Shown one piece after another: positions 8,627 through 16,885 of a DNA stretch of 32,000 bases. The stretch is from Nonlabens ponticola (GTDB lineage: Bacteria > Bacteroidota > Bacteroidia > Flavobacteriales > Flavobacteriaceae). The translations under genes and the position numbers were made by a program. The notes under the pieces are model-generated. The model ran no database searches. It saw only the letters and a list, made by a program, of their open reading frames with translations, and was not told the origin of the DNA. The stretch is taken from the NCBI RefSeq assembly GCF_003966335.1, contig NZ_CP034549.1, positions 900,001 to 932,000 on the forward strand, given 5' to 3'. Every line of letters starts with the position of its first letter. Within the stretch, counting starts at the first letter, position 1.

Positions 8627-9514
8627 ATGAAAAAGTACATTACTGCACTGGCATTCATTCTTATTACCGCAAGCGCTGTTGCACAAGACCTATACGGTGA
8701 GGCTACCTATTTTTCTAAGACCGCTGTTGACAAAAGCTGGATGGAAGGAAATAGGGACATCACACCAGAGCGTCGCAAACGCATCGAGGAGAATCTCAAG
8801 AAGATGAATGAGAAAAGCTATACGCTAGCTTTTAATAGGAGCGAGGCACTGTGGAAAGAGAATAAGGAACTTGCAGCACCTGGTCAAAGTCGTGGTTGGG
8901 GTAGCTTTATGGGAACTTCCATGGGTGGCGAGAAGTACAAGGATATGACCGCAAATACTTTTATCGAGCAACGTGATATGATGGGTAAAACCTTTTTAAT
9001 CGTGGACGATCTACCACAGCTGGAATGGAATATCACTGGCGAGATGAAGCAAATAGGTAATTATACTGCTATAAAGGCTACTGCGGTCAAAAAAAATGAT
9101 GAATTGGACATGAGTGCGTGGAGACGACGTGGTCGTGATGACAAAAAGAAAAAAGAGGAAGAAGAAAAGAAGGAAGATGCAGCAACCGATGAGCCAACTA
9201 AACTTACCGACATGTTTGAAAAAGTAGATGAGACTGTTGTTACTGCTTGGTTTACTCCAGAGATTCCTGTACAACATGGTCCTGCTGATTACGGCGGCTT
9301 GCCAGGATTGATCCTTGAAGTAAGCGCAAACAAAACAACGCTGTTGTGTACTAAGATTACCATGAACCCTGATGAACGCATGGATATTGAACCAGCGACT
9401 AAAGGTGATGAGACGACCCTTGAGGTTTACAACGAGACCTTCCAGAAGAAAATGGAAGAGATGTCACAGCGCTTTCGCGGCGGTCGTGGTGGACGCGGCG
9501 GTCGTAGACAATAA
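8627..9514 (+). CDS. GLPGLI family protein (paralog 2) with a C-terminal RGG tail
   Basis: I chose the ATG at 8627 (MKKYITALAF, a signal peptide). Family motifs are QIGNYTAIKA, WFTPEIPVQHGPADYGGLPGLILEV and LLCTKI. The protein ends in RFRGGRGGRGGRRQ. Confidence 0.85.
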   Translation: MKKYITALAFILITASAVAQDLYGEATYFSKTAVDKSWMEGNRDITPERRKRIEENLKKMNEKSYTLAFNRSEALWKENKELAAPGQSRGWGSFMGTSMGGEKYKDMTANTFIEQRDMMGKTFLIVDDLPQLEWNITGEMKQIGNYTAIKATAVKKNDELDMSAWRRRGRDDKKKKEEEEKKEDAATDEPTKLTDMFEKVDETVVTAWFTPEIPVQHGPADYGGLPGLILEVSANKTTLLCTKITMNPDERMDIEPATKGDETTLEVYNETFQKKMEEMSQRFRGGRGGRGGRRQ

Positions 9515-9586
9515 TAACATATCAAAATATTAATAAGATGCGAGGTTTAAACCAGCCTCGCATTTTTTGTAACTAACAACCAGATC

Positions 9587-12355
9587 ATGAACAAACTCAT
9601 ACTATTACTAGCTGCAATGCTACTCACATCCATTGCGGCACATTCTCAAAATGTCAAAATCACTGGTATAGTAATTGACAGTGCAGGAACTCCATTACAA
9701 ATGGCAAATGTTATTGCTTACGGGTCCAATAAATCACTAGGCGCATTTGGTATTACTAATCAAGATGGTCGTTACCAATTGTTAGGTCTTAAAAAGGATA
9801 GTACCTACACGCTTAAAGTATCTTTCTTAGGCTTGCAGGCTACCGAAGAAAAAGTAGAAAAAATTCAAGAAGATCTAGTCAAAAACTTTGTTTTGCTAGA
9901 AGGCACCGACCAGCTGGACGCCGTGCAGATTACCTATGAAATGCCAGTCTCTATCAAAGGCGACACTATCGTCTATAATGCAGATAGTTTTACAAATGGT
10001 ACAGAGCGTAAACTCGACGATGTCCTAAATAAACTACCTGGCGTTGAGGTCAATGAAGATGGTGATGTGCAAGTAGAAGGAAAGAATGTAGAAAAGATCT
10101 ATGTGGATGGTAAGGAGTTTTTTGAAGGCGATACCAGATTAGCGACTAAAAATATTCCTGCAGACGCCATCGGTAAGGTTGAGGTACTTAAAAACTTCAA
10201 CAATGTGAGTCAGCTTAAAGGTCTAGGCAATGATCAAGACCGTGTGGCGATTAATATCAGGCTCAAAGAAGGAAAGGAGAAATTCTGGTTTGGCGAGGCA
10301 ACAGCAGCTGGCGGTTATGGTGGTGATGATTTTAGATATCAAGCACAGCCAAAGGCCTTTTATTATAGTCCCAATCTATCACTCAACTTCCTGACAGATT
10401 TTAATAATCTAGGGATTCCTGCATTTACAGGTCGCGATTACAATAGGTTTACAGGTCAGCGTTTTAGTAACACTAGTGATGCTGGTGTAAATGTAAATAC
10501 CAATTCAAACGGTGGTAGACTGACCACATTTCAAAACAACCGCGCATTAGAGATAGAGAGTAGATTTGGTGCATTTAATGGCGCATATCAAGTAAATAAA
10601 AGTCTTGGAATTAATGCTTTTGCTATTTTCTCCAGTGTAGATACTGATGCACGTACCGATAGTAGAAGATTTTTCACACCAGCTGATGAGAGCTTGGCAG
10701 CATCTTCTCGAGCTCCACTAACTGAATTTACTGAAGACCTAACCTTTCAACGTAATGAGCAAGCCATCTTTAAAGTAGGCGCAGACTATAAGCCTAATGA
10801 CAATTTTACGCTGGATTTCAACGGCCAGGTAAACATTGCCGATAATACAGAGCGGTCTGCGTTAATCTCTGATCGTGTTGAGATCAATAGAGAAACAGGT
10901 GATCCAGAAAGAATCATTGAAGACGTGGCACAGCGAGATGCACAAAAGCCAATCGTCATTGATCAAAATTTAAACATGTACTATACTGCGAGCGACCGTA
11001 ATATTTTTGCATTTGAAGGTCGCTATGTTGATAGCGAGGAAGATCCTTTTTACAACGCGGTAAGAGATTTTAGAGATCAACAAGATCCAGAACCATTTAA
11101 TGGACGATTGAATCTAGACAATGCAGATCCTTACAACATCAATCAGCGTAATCTTGTGGATACCCGACGTATCAATGCTAAGGTTGATTACTGGTACGTG
11201 CTTAACAAAATAAGCAACATCAACTTCACTGTAGGTACGATCCAGTCGCGTCAAGATTATAACAGCAATATTTTTCAAATACTTGATAACGGCGGCGTCA
11301 ACATTCTTACCGATGATGATCTTGTCAACGATGTGCGATATGATTTTAGCGATATATATGCTGGCGTCCATTACAAAATCATCAAAGGGAAATTTACCAT
11401 CACCCCAGGATTTAATGTACACCAGATTGAAACAGATACTGATGACCTGTTGAGTGATAATGATCAAACCATTTCTACAACAGAGTTCTTACCCGATTTC
11501 AACATACGGTATGACTTTAGATCATCAGAGAGCTTAAGAGCAGACTATCGCCAGGTGATCAATTTTGCAGACGTCAATAGCTATGCAGAAAGTCTTGTCT
11601 TTAACAACTACAACTCTTTAAGTAGAGGTAACAATAATTTGTCAGGAGCTAAAACTGATCAGTTCTCATTAAACTATAACAATTTTAATATGTTTAATTA
11701 TACTAACATATTTGCCTTTGTGACTTACAGCAAGCAGCGCGAGGCCTTGCAGAATAGCGTTGAGTTAGATGGTATCAATCAAGTTAATACAACGATCAAT
11801 TCGCCATTGGCTAATGAGTCTGTCAATGGTACTGGTAGAATCACAAAAGAATTTGGTAAGATTAGAACAGGTTTGAGAGCAACACTCAGCTACAGTTTGT
11901 TCAACAACATTATTAATGATCAGGCTCAAGAGTCAGAAAACTTCAATCAAACCTATGCGGTCGATTTGCGCAGTAATTATCAAGAAGGTGTCAACTTTGA
12001 TGTCAGCTACAGTTACAATTTGAGCAATAACGATCAAGGCTCGCGCACAACCCAGTTTACCACACACAGGATCAATCTAGGCGCAGATTGGCAAATAGGT
12101 GATGCATGGCAATTAACGGCAGACTATGACTTGAACCTCTTTAGAGGTGAAGGACAAGACAATAATTTTGATTTTCTTGAAGCTGCCTTATACTATCAGC
12201 AGCCAGATAGTCAGTGGGAATTCAAACTAGCGGGAACTAACCTTTTAGGTACTGAGGCTTTTGTCTCTAATAATTTTGGTCAAATCATCACATCAACTAC
12301 AGAGCAGTTTGTATTGCCTAGATACGTCTATTTACAAGTACAGTATGAATTATAG
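9587..12355 (+). CDS. outer-membrane beta-barrel protein with an N-terminal CarboxypepD_reg-like domain (TonB-dependent-receptor-like)
   Basis: After the signal peptide comes a CarboxypepD_reg-like segment (ITGIVIDSAGTPLQMANVIA...GRYQL). A plug-like segment follows (DDVLNKLPGVEVNEDGDVQVEGK...IYVDGKEF). The rest is a long barrel rich in N, D, Y and F. Confidence 0.85.
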   Translation: MNKLILLLAAMLLTSIAAHSQNVKITGIVIDSAGTPLQMANVIAYGSNKSLGAFGITNQDGRYQLLGLKKDSTYTLKVSFLGLQATEEKVEKIQEDLVKNFVLLEGTDQLDAVQITYEMPVSIKGDTIVYNADSFTNGTERKLDDVLNKLPGVEVNEDGDVQVEGKNVEKIYVDGKEFFEGDTRLATKNIPADAIGKVEVLKNFNNVSQLKGLGNDQDRVAINIRLKEGKEKFWFGEATAAGGYGGDDFRYQAQPKAFYYSPNLSLNFLTDFNNLGIPAFTGRDYNRFTGQRFSNTSDAGVNVNTNSNGGRLTTFQNNRALEIESRFGAFNGAYQVNKSLGINAFAIFSSVDTDARTDSRRFFTPADESLAASSRAPLTEFTEDLTFQRNEQAIFKVGADYKPNDNFTLDFNGQVNIADNTERSALISDRVEINRETGDPERIIEDVAQRDAQKPIVIDQNLNMYYTASDRNIFAFEGRYVDSEEDPFYNAVRDFRDQQDPEPFNGRLNLDNADPYNINQRNLVDTRRINAKVDYWYVLNKISNINFTVGTIQSRQDYNSNIFQILDNGGVNILTDDDLVNDVRYDFSDIYAGVHYKIIKGKFTITPGFNVHQIETDTDDLLSDNDQTISTTEFLPDFNIRYDFRSSESLRADYRQVINFADVNSYAESLVFNNYNSLSRGNNNLSGAKTDQFSLNYNNFNMFNYTNIFAFVTYSKQREALQNSVELDGINQVNTTINSPLANESVNGTGRITKEFGKIRTGLRATLSYSLFNNIINDQAQESENFNQTYAVDLRSNYQEGVNFDVSYSYNLSNNDQGSRTTQFTTHRINLGADWQIGDAWQLTADYDLNLFRGEGQDNNFDFLEAALYYQQPDSQWEFKLAGTNLLGTEAFVSNNFGQIITSTTEQFVLPRYVYLQVQYEL

Positions 12356-12379
12356 ATTTTCTTGAAACAGCAAGAAAAA

Positions 12380-12404
12380 GCAATCCTGGTTGGGTTGCTT
12401 TTTT
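12380..12404 (+). terminator. rho-independent terminator of the barrel gene
   Basis: The stem is GCAATCC/GGGTTGC with one G-U pair, the loop is TGGTT, and a TTTTTT run follows. Confidence 0.6.
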
Positions 12405-12409
12405 GGTTT

Positions 12410-12452
12410 TTACGCTTTCCTTCCTGTCCGACAGGCAGGCGCGAAAGCATAA
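12410..12452. repeat. P1 palindrome split at its centre by a degenerate P2-like palindrome
   Basis: The sequence reads TTACGCTTTC + cttCCTGTCcGACAGGcaggc + GCGAAAGCATAA. It lies between convergent genes. Confidence 0.8.
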
Positions 12453-12472
12453 TTACCACAAACAGCCTAACA

Positions 12473-13171
12473 CTATAACTTCCTCTTGTTTTCAATAGAA
12501 ATACGCGAGCCTTGCGCCATCATCACGCTGTCAGGTAGTAAATCGTTAAGAATGGCAAACTCAGCGCCGTAGGTTTGTTCAAAATCCACTTCAATCTTGT
12601 AATCATCAATCTTGAAATGTTCCCATGAGGCGTGACGCACCTCATATTCAAAGGTAGTTTCTTTATCATATTCAGAATAGCCAAAATACCTTTCTAGAAT
12701 AAACTGCTCGTTACTATTTTCAGCGATGGCAAGCGGTTGAGGTTGGTAGGTCACTTGAAATGTTTGCCAGTCCTTAGGTTTCCATTGATACGTTAATCGG
12801 TTTTGACTTTCTGCTTCTTGTAAATCAAATTTGACAGGCATGGTTTCATACCGCTCATGGTATAATTTGTTGGCTACCAGCGTGATCATGGGTTTGTCCA
12901 CGATCTCTTTGATGAAAACCACACCATGCCTGCCAGTAGCTGGATTCTTGACATAAAAGCGCAAGTTGATCTCGCTAAAATTGATATGAAATGGTACAGG
13001 CAAATTCAAGATGCGCGTATTCTCAAATCGCAGGCCTACCAGACTAATATCTGCCAGATCACCGCGCATGTCTAGCTCACAGCCTTTAGGTAAATGCGGC
13101 TTGAGAATTGATGGATCGATTTTAAAATTGGCAAACGGCAAATAAGACCAGGTAGAAGTAAGAAATGACAT
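12473..13171 (-). CDS. DUF2071 (YgjF-like, COG2071) family protein
   Basis: The 232-aa protein has an N-terminal pattern (W..L.FANFKIDPSILKPHLPKG.ELD...G.A.ISLV) that resembles DUF2071. The assignment is from memory only. Confidence 0.6.
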   Translation of the reverse strand: MSFLTSTWSYLPFANFKIDPSILKPHLPKGCELDMRGDLADISLVGLRFENTRILNLPVPFHINFSEINLRFYVKNPATGRHGVVFIKEIVDKPMITLVANKLYHERYETMPVKFDLQEAESQNRLTYQWKPKDWQTFQVTYQPQPLAIAENSNEQFILERYFGYSEYDKETTFEYEVRHASWEHFKIDDYKIEVDFEQTYGAEFAILNDLLPDSVMMAQGSRISIENKRKL

Positions 13172-13301
13172 AAGCCCAAAGCTACTACCATAATCAAATA
13201 GCGGTCGTTAAAGCGTTGCTAACATCTACAGGATCATGCACCAATAGAAGTAAGTTGTATTCTTCAAAACCGTTAGTCGGTAAAAAACGTTTATTTTACC
13301 T

Positions 13302-14156
13302 ATGAAGTTTATGAAAAAGAAATTTGTTTTTATCAGTTGTGCGGTGGTACTGATGGTAATAACAGCTTCGGTTATTTCCTGTAGCACTCAAAAGTTTGAT
13401 GATATAAGCTATCTACAGTCTGCTGAAAAATTAGCAAACGAGCCACAACTCAATGTCTTTACAGAAGATAGTGATCCAGAGAAATTCATGCCTGTACTCA
13501 TATTTGTACATGGCGGTAACTGGAATAGTGGTGATAAGGATACCTATAATTATTTGGGGCGCAACTTTGCTCGCAATAAAATGGTTACCGTTTTGCCCAC
13601 TTACACCACGAGTCCACAGGCCAACTATAAGGAAATGACCCAGCAAATCGCACAGTCTATTTTATGGACGCGCGATAACATCAAGAAATACGGTGGCGAT
13701 CCTGACAGGATTTTCTTGACGGGACACTCTGCCGGTGGGCATCTAGCCGCGCTTGCTACCATGGATCGTGACTATGGGATTCCTCAAGGTTTAATTAAAG
13801 GCATTGTTTTGAATGATGCAGCAGGACTTGATATGGCAGGATATTTTGAGAAACAACCACCTACAAGTAGCCAGGATTATTTAACCACATGGACCAATGA
13901 TCCAGCAGAATGGGAAAAGGCGTCACCCATCAATTTTATAGATAAGAACACGCCACCCATCAAGATGTATGTAGGGACTAAAACCTATAAATCTATCAAG
14001 GAAAGCAACCTACGTTTCCATAAGGAGTTGGTTAAAGTGCAACCTGATGTTGAGATTGAATATCTTGACAAAGCTCACGTGCCTATGGTCTCGCACCTTT
14101 TCTGGCCATGGAGTTCTAGATTTGAAGAAATCAAGAAGTTTATTGACGCTAACTAG
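13302..14156 (+). CDS. alpha/beta hydrolase (esterase/lipase-like) lipoprotein
   Basis: It has a signal peptide with Cys (VISCST), an oxyanion-hole motif (HGGNW) and a nucleophile elbow (GHSAGG). Confidence 0.85.
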   Translation: MKFMKKKFVFISCAVVLMVITASVISCSTQKFDDISYLQSAEKLANEPQLNVFTEDSDPEKFMPVLIFVHGGNWNSGDKDTYNYLGRNFARNKMVTVLPTYTTSPQANYKEMTQQIAQSILWTRDNIKKYGGDPDRIFLTGHSAGGHLAALATMDRDYGIPQGLIKGIVLNDAAGLDMAGYFEKQPPTSSQDYLTTWTNDPAEWEKASPINFIDKNTPPIKMYVGTKTYKSIKESNLRFHKELVKVQPDVEIEYLDKAHVPMVSHLFWPWSSRFEEIKKFIDAN

Positions 14157-14269
14157 TTGATAATTAGAAGTCTGAACAGCTGTAATTGCTAGTTAAATTA
14201 TAGCCAATGAATATCTATCCGCACCAATTACACACATACATTTACACCATAACTTAAACGTCATGTACC

Positions 14270-14368
14270 ATGGCACAAAAGCAAAAGAAAGGCCCAAAAA
14301 ACTTTGGCAAACCTTCTTCTCAGCCTGCTGTAGCAAGCAAGGCAAAGAGACAAGCTCCTAAGAAGTAG
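14270..14368 (+). CDS. possible small basic protein (32 aa, MAQKQKKGPKNFGKPSSQPAVASKAKRQAPKK)
   Basis: This ATG ORF falls below the ORF-track cutoff. It sits alone in a 415-nt spacer and is followed about 50 nt downstream by a good terminator. A second 32-aa ORF in another frame starts at 14263, so the coding frame is uncertain. Confidence 0.3.
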   Translation: MAQKQKKGPKNFGKPSSQPAVASKAKRQAPKK

Positions 14369-14416
14369 CTTGCAGCAGCGGTCTAAGTGACTGCTATTTC
14401 AAACACAAACAACCAT

Positions 14417-14442
14417 AACCAGACCCAGCGTCTGGTTTTTTT
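14417..14442 (+). terminator. rho-independent terminator
   Basis: The stem is AACCAGAC/GTCTGGTT, the loop is CCAGC, and a T-run follows. Confidence 0.6.
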
Positions 14443-14495
14443 GTGATAGGAGCTTTCTTAATCGTTTGTTACTTGTTGGTATGATGGTGGTCATT

Positions 14496-14515
14496 TTGCT
14501 TTCGCGAAAGCGTAA
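14496..14515. repeat. P1 palindrome copy, TTGCTTTCGCGAAAGCGTAA (intergenic)
   Basis: The 14-bp core at 14498-14511 is perfect. It lies upstream of the rimK operon. Confidence 0.95.
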
Positions 14516-14571
14516 CACTCAACATTCATTTAAGTATTCTTAAACCTATAAGGGCTTCAAAAATTGGTAAC

Positions 14572-15027
14572 TTGCGTGCTGCTAAATTCACTACTAAGAT
14601 CGCAACGAAGAAAATCATAGGACGTACCGACAAGGCAGATTTCCCTAAATTGAAACTGTCTGAAATTGATATAAAAATCGACACAGGTGCTTATACATCC
14701 AGCATTCATTGTACTGATATAGAAGAAGTTGATGGTGTGCTAATTGCTAATTTTCTTGATCAAGATCATCCTCAATACCACGGTAAAAAAATCGAGTTTC
14801 AAGATTATGAGATCACCACGGTGCGCAGCAGTAATGGCAATCAAGAGCAGCGCTATGAGGTGCAGTCCAACATACGCATTTTTAAAAAATTGTATAAGAT
14901 ATCGCTCACGCTTAACAACCGTCAAGAAATGCGATTTCCTGTATTGATTGGGCGCAAGTTTCTCTCAAAAAAATTTATAGTAGATCCTGAATTGCAGGAC
15001 ATTTCATTTTTACAATCACAAGCATGA
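14572..15027 (+). CDS. retropepsin-like aspartic protease (PF05618 'putative ATP-dependent zinc protease', RimB-like)
   Basis: It has the DTG signature in KIDTGAYTSSIH plus the motifs IIGR..K..FP.L and FPVLIGRKFL. The start is a TTG. Its stop overlaps the rimK ATG (ATGA). Confidence 0.7.
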   Translation: MRAAKFTTKIATKKIIGRTDKADFPKLKLSEIDIKIDTGAYTSSIHCTDIEEVDGVLIANFLDQDHPQYHGKKIEFQDYEITTVRSSNGNQEQRYEVQSNIRIFKKLYKISLTLNNRQEMRFPVLIGRKFLSKKFIVDPELQDISFLQSQA

Positions 15028-15899
15028 CCATTTACATTCTATCAAGAAGCAAGAACATTTACAGCACTGCCCGCATGGTAGAAGAGGTAGAAAAAGCTGG
15101 GCATAAAGTCCAGGTGATCGATCCTTTAAAATGTGATATCAAGCTTGAAAAACAGAAGCCTACTGTAATCTATAAGGGTGAACGACTAGCAAAACCAGAC
15201 GCAATAATTCCGCGTGTAGGTGCGAGCATTACCTTCTATGGTACTGCCATTGTACGCCAGTTTGAGGCAATGAATTGCTTCACCACGGTTTCCTCTCAAG
15301 CATTGGTGCGCAGTCGAGATAAATTACAAAGTCTACAGCGGTTGAGTAGTGCTGGTGTTGGTATGCCTAAGACGGTATTCACCAACTTTGGCAAGCATAC
15401 CTCAAAGATTCTTGAAATGGTTGATGGACCACCAGCAGTGATAAAGGTGCTGGAAGGAACGCAAGGAATAGGAGTCAACCTAGCTGAGGATTTTGAAAGT
15501 GCAGAGACAATTCTAGAAGCCTACAACAATCTAGAAAGTCGCGTAATCATTCAGGAATTTATTGAAGAAGCAGGTGGCGCAGATTTAAGAGCTTTTGTAG
15601 TTGGTGATAAAGTGGTAGGTGCCATGAAGCGTCAGGCTCAAAAAGGCGAATTTAGATCTAACCTACACCGTGGTGGTACCGCCAAAAAGATTTCGCTATC
15701 AAGAGAAGAAGAGCAAACTGCAATCGCTGCCGCGCGTTCTTTGGGTCTTGGCGTTTGCGGTGTGGACTTGCTACAAAGTAAACGCGGCGCATTAGTTCTA
15801 GAAGTCAATAGCTCGCCAGGTCTAGAAGGAATCGAGGCAGCAACTCAACATAATATTGCCAAGGAAATAGTCACCTACATTGAGAAAAACCTCCAATAA
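15024..15899 (+). CDS. rimK: RimK-family ATP-grasp alpha-L-glutamate ligase
   Basis: Motifs IPRVGAS, VIKVLEGTQGIGV, IIQEFI, DLRAFVVG, EFRSNLHRGG and GVDLL...G..VLEVNSSPGLEGIE are typical of RimK. The 291-aa length fits. Confidence 0.92.
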   Translation: MTIYILSRSKNIYSTARMVEEVEKAGHKVQVIDPLKCDIKLEKQKPTVIYKGERLAKPDAIIPRVGASITFYGTAIVRQFEAMNCFTTVSSQALVRSRDKLQSLQRLSSAGVGMPKTVFTNFGKHTSKILEMVDGPPAVIKVLEGTQGIGVNLAEDFESAETILEAYNNLESRVIIQEFIEEAGGADLRAFVVGDKVVGAMKRQAQKGEFRSNLHRGGTAKKISLSREEEQTAIAAARSLGLGVCGVDLLQSKRGALVLEVNSSPGLEGIEAATQHNIAKEIVTYIEKNLQ

Positions 15900-16885
15900 T
15901 GAGTCAAGAACCTGTATTCATTCTTGATACTGAGATTTTACCTGGTACCAGCCACACGCTCAATTTAAACATGGCGAGACTGTACACATCTACCGTGGTA
16001 GATGTTCCTGTACTTATCCATAGAGCTAAAAAAGCTGGGCCTACGGTCTTACTTACTGGCGGTATTCATGGCGATGAGATTAATGGTGTCGAGGTTGTGC
16101 GACAAATGATCGCCAAAAAAGTGGTGAAACCTAAAATCGGTATGATCATCGCGATGCCTGTGGTGAACATTTTTGGTTTTCTAGATATGAAACGTGAATT
16201 TCCTGACGGTCGTGACCTCAATCGAGTCTTTCCAGGAACTAAAAATGGATCACTCGCTAGTAGGTTTGCCTACCAGATGACACACAGTATTTTGCCGCAC
16301 GTGGATGTGGTTATGGATTTTCATACCGGTGGCGCGCAGCGATTCAATGCACCGCACTTAAGGGTTGATCCTATGGATATTGAATCTACTGCGTTAGCAG
16401 AGGTTTTTCATCCACCATTCCTGATGCATTCAAAAAATCTTTCTAGAACTTTCAGGGATACTTGCAGCAAGGCTGGTAAGAGGTATTTGCTGTTTGAAGG
16501 CGGTAAGTCTCAAGAGACAGATAAAAAAATCATATCCAGCGCAGTACATGGTGCGCTAAGAGTATTGCACCATTTAAAGATGCTGGTTGATACTAAGCCA
16601 CTTATTAAGGAGACAGCAGCACCTATTCTTATCAAAGAATCTAAATGGATACGTGCTAAATATTCCGGATTGCTACACCCAAAGACACAATGCGGTCAAC
16701 ATGTTAATAAGGCAGATGTGATCGCTACAATTACAGATCCTTATGGTACCATGCGCCACAAGGTTAAGGCGCCACATTCGGGATACATCATCAATGTAAA
16801 CCAGACGCCATTGGTATATCAAGGTGATGCTATATTTCATTTAAGCAAACATGAAGACAAAGAGCCGGCTGCGTCAAGTTTATAG
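15899..16885 (+). CDS. succinylglutamate desuccinylase/aspartoacylase-family (M14-like) deacylase
   Basis: The zinc motif is GGIHGDEINGVE. Other family motifs are NRVFPG and DFHTGG. Its ATG overlaps the rimK stop (TAATG). Confidence 0.85.
   Translation: MSQEPVFILDTEILPGTSHTLNLNMARLYTSTVVDVPVLIHRAKKAGPTVLLTGGIHGDEINGVEVVRQMIAKKVVKPKIGMIIAMPVVNIFGFLDMKREFPDGRDLNRVFPGTKNGSLASRFAYQMTHSILPHVDVVMDFHTGGAQRFNAPHLRVDPMDIESTALAEVFHPPFLMHSKNLSRTFRDTCSKAGKRYLLFEGGKSQETDKKIISSAVHGALRVLHHLKMLVDTKPLIKETAAPILIKESKWIRAKYSGLLHPKTQCGQHVNKADVIATITDPYGTMRHKVKAPHSGYIINVNQTPLVYQGDAIFHLSKHEDKEPAASSL

Noticed and set aside
9471-9479. GCTTTCGCG half-site of P1 in the RGG tail of GLPGLI paralog 2
   Set aside because: Only one arm is present, and 9 nt is too short to separate from chance. 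It is mentioned under the paralog finding but not counted as a copy.
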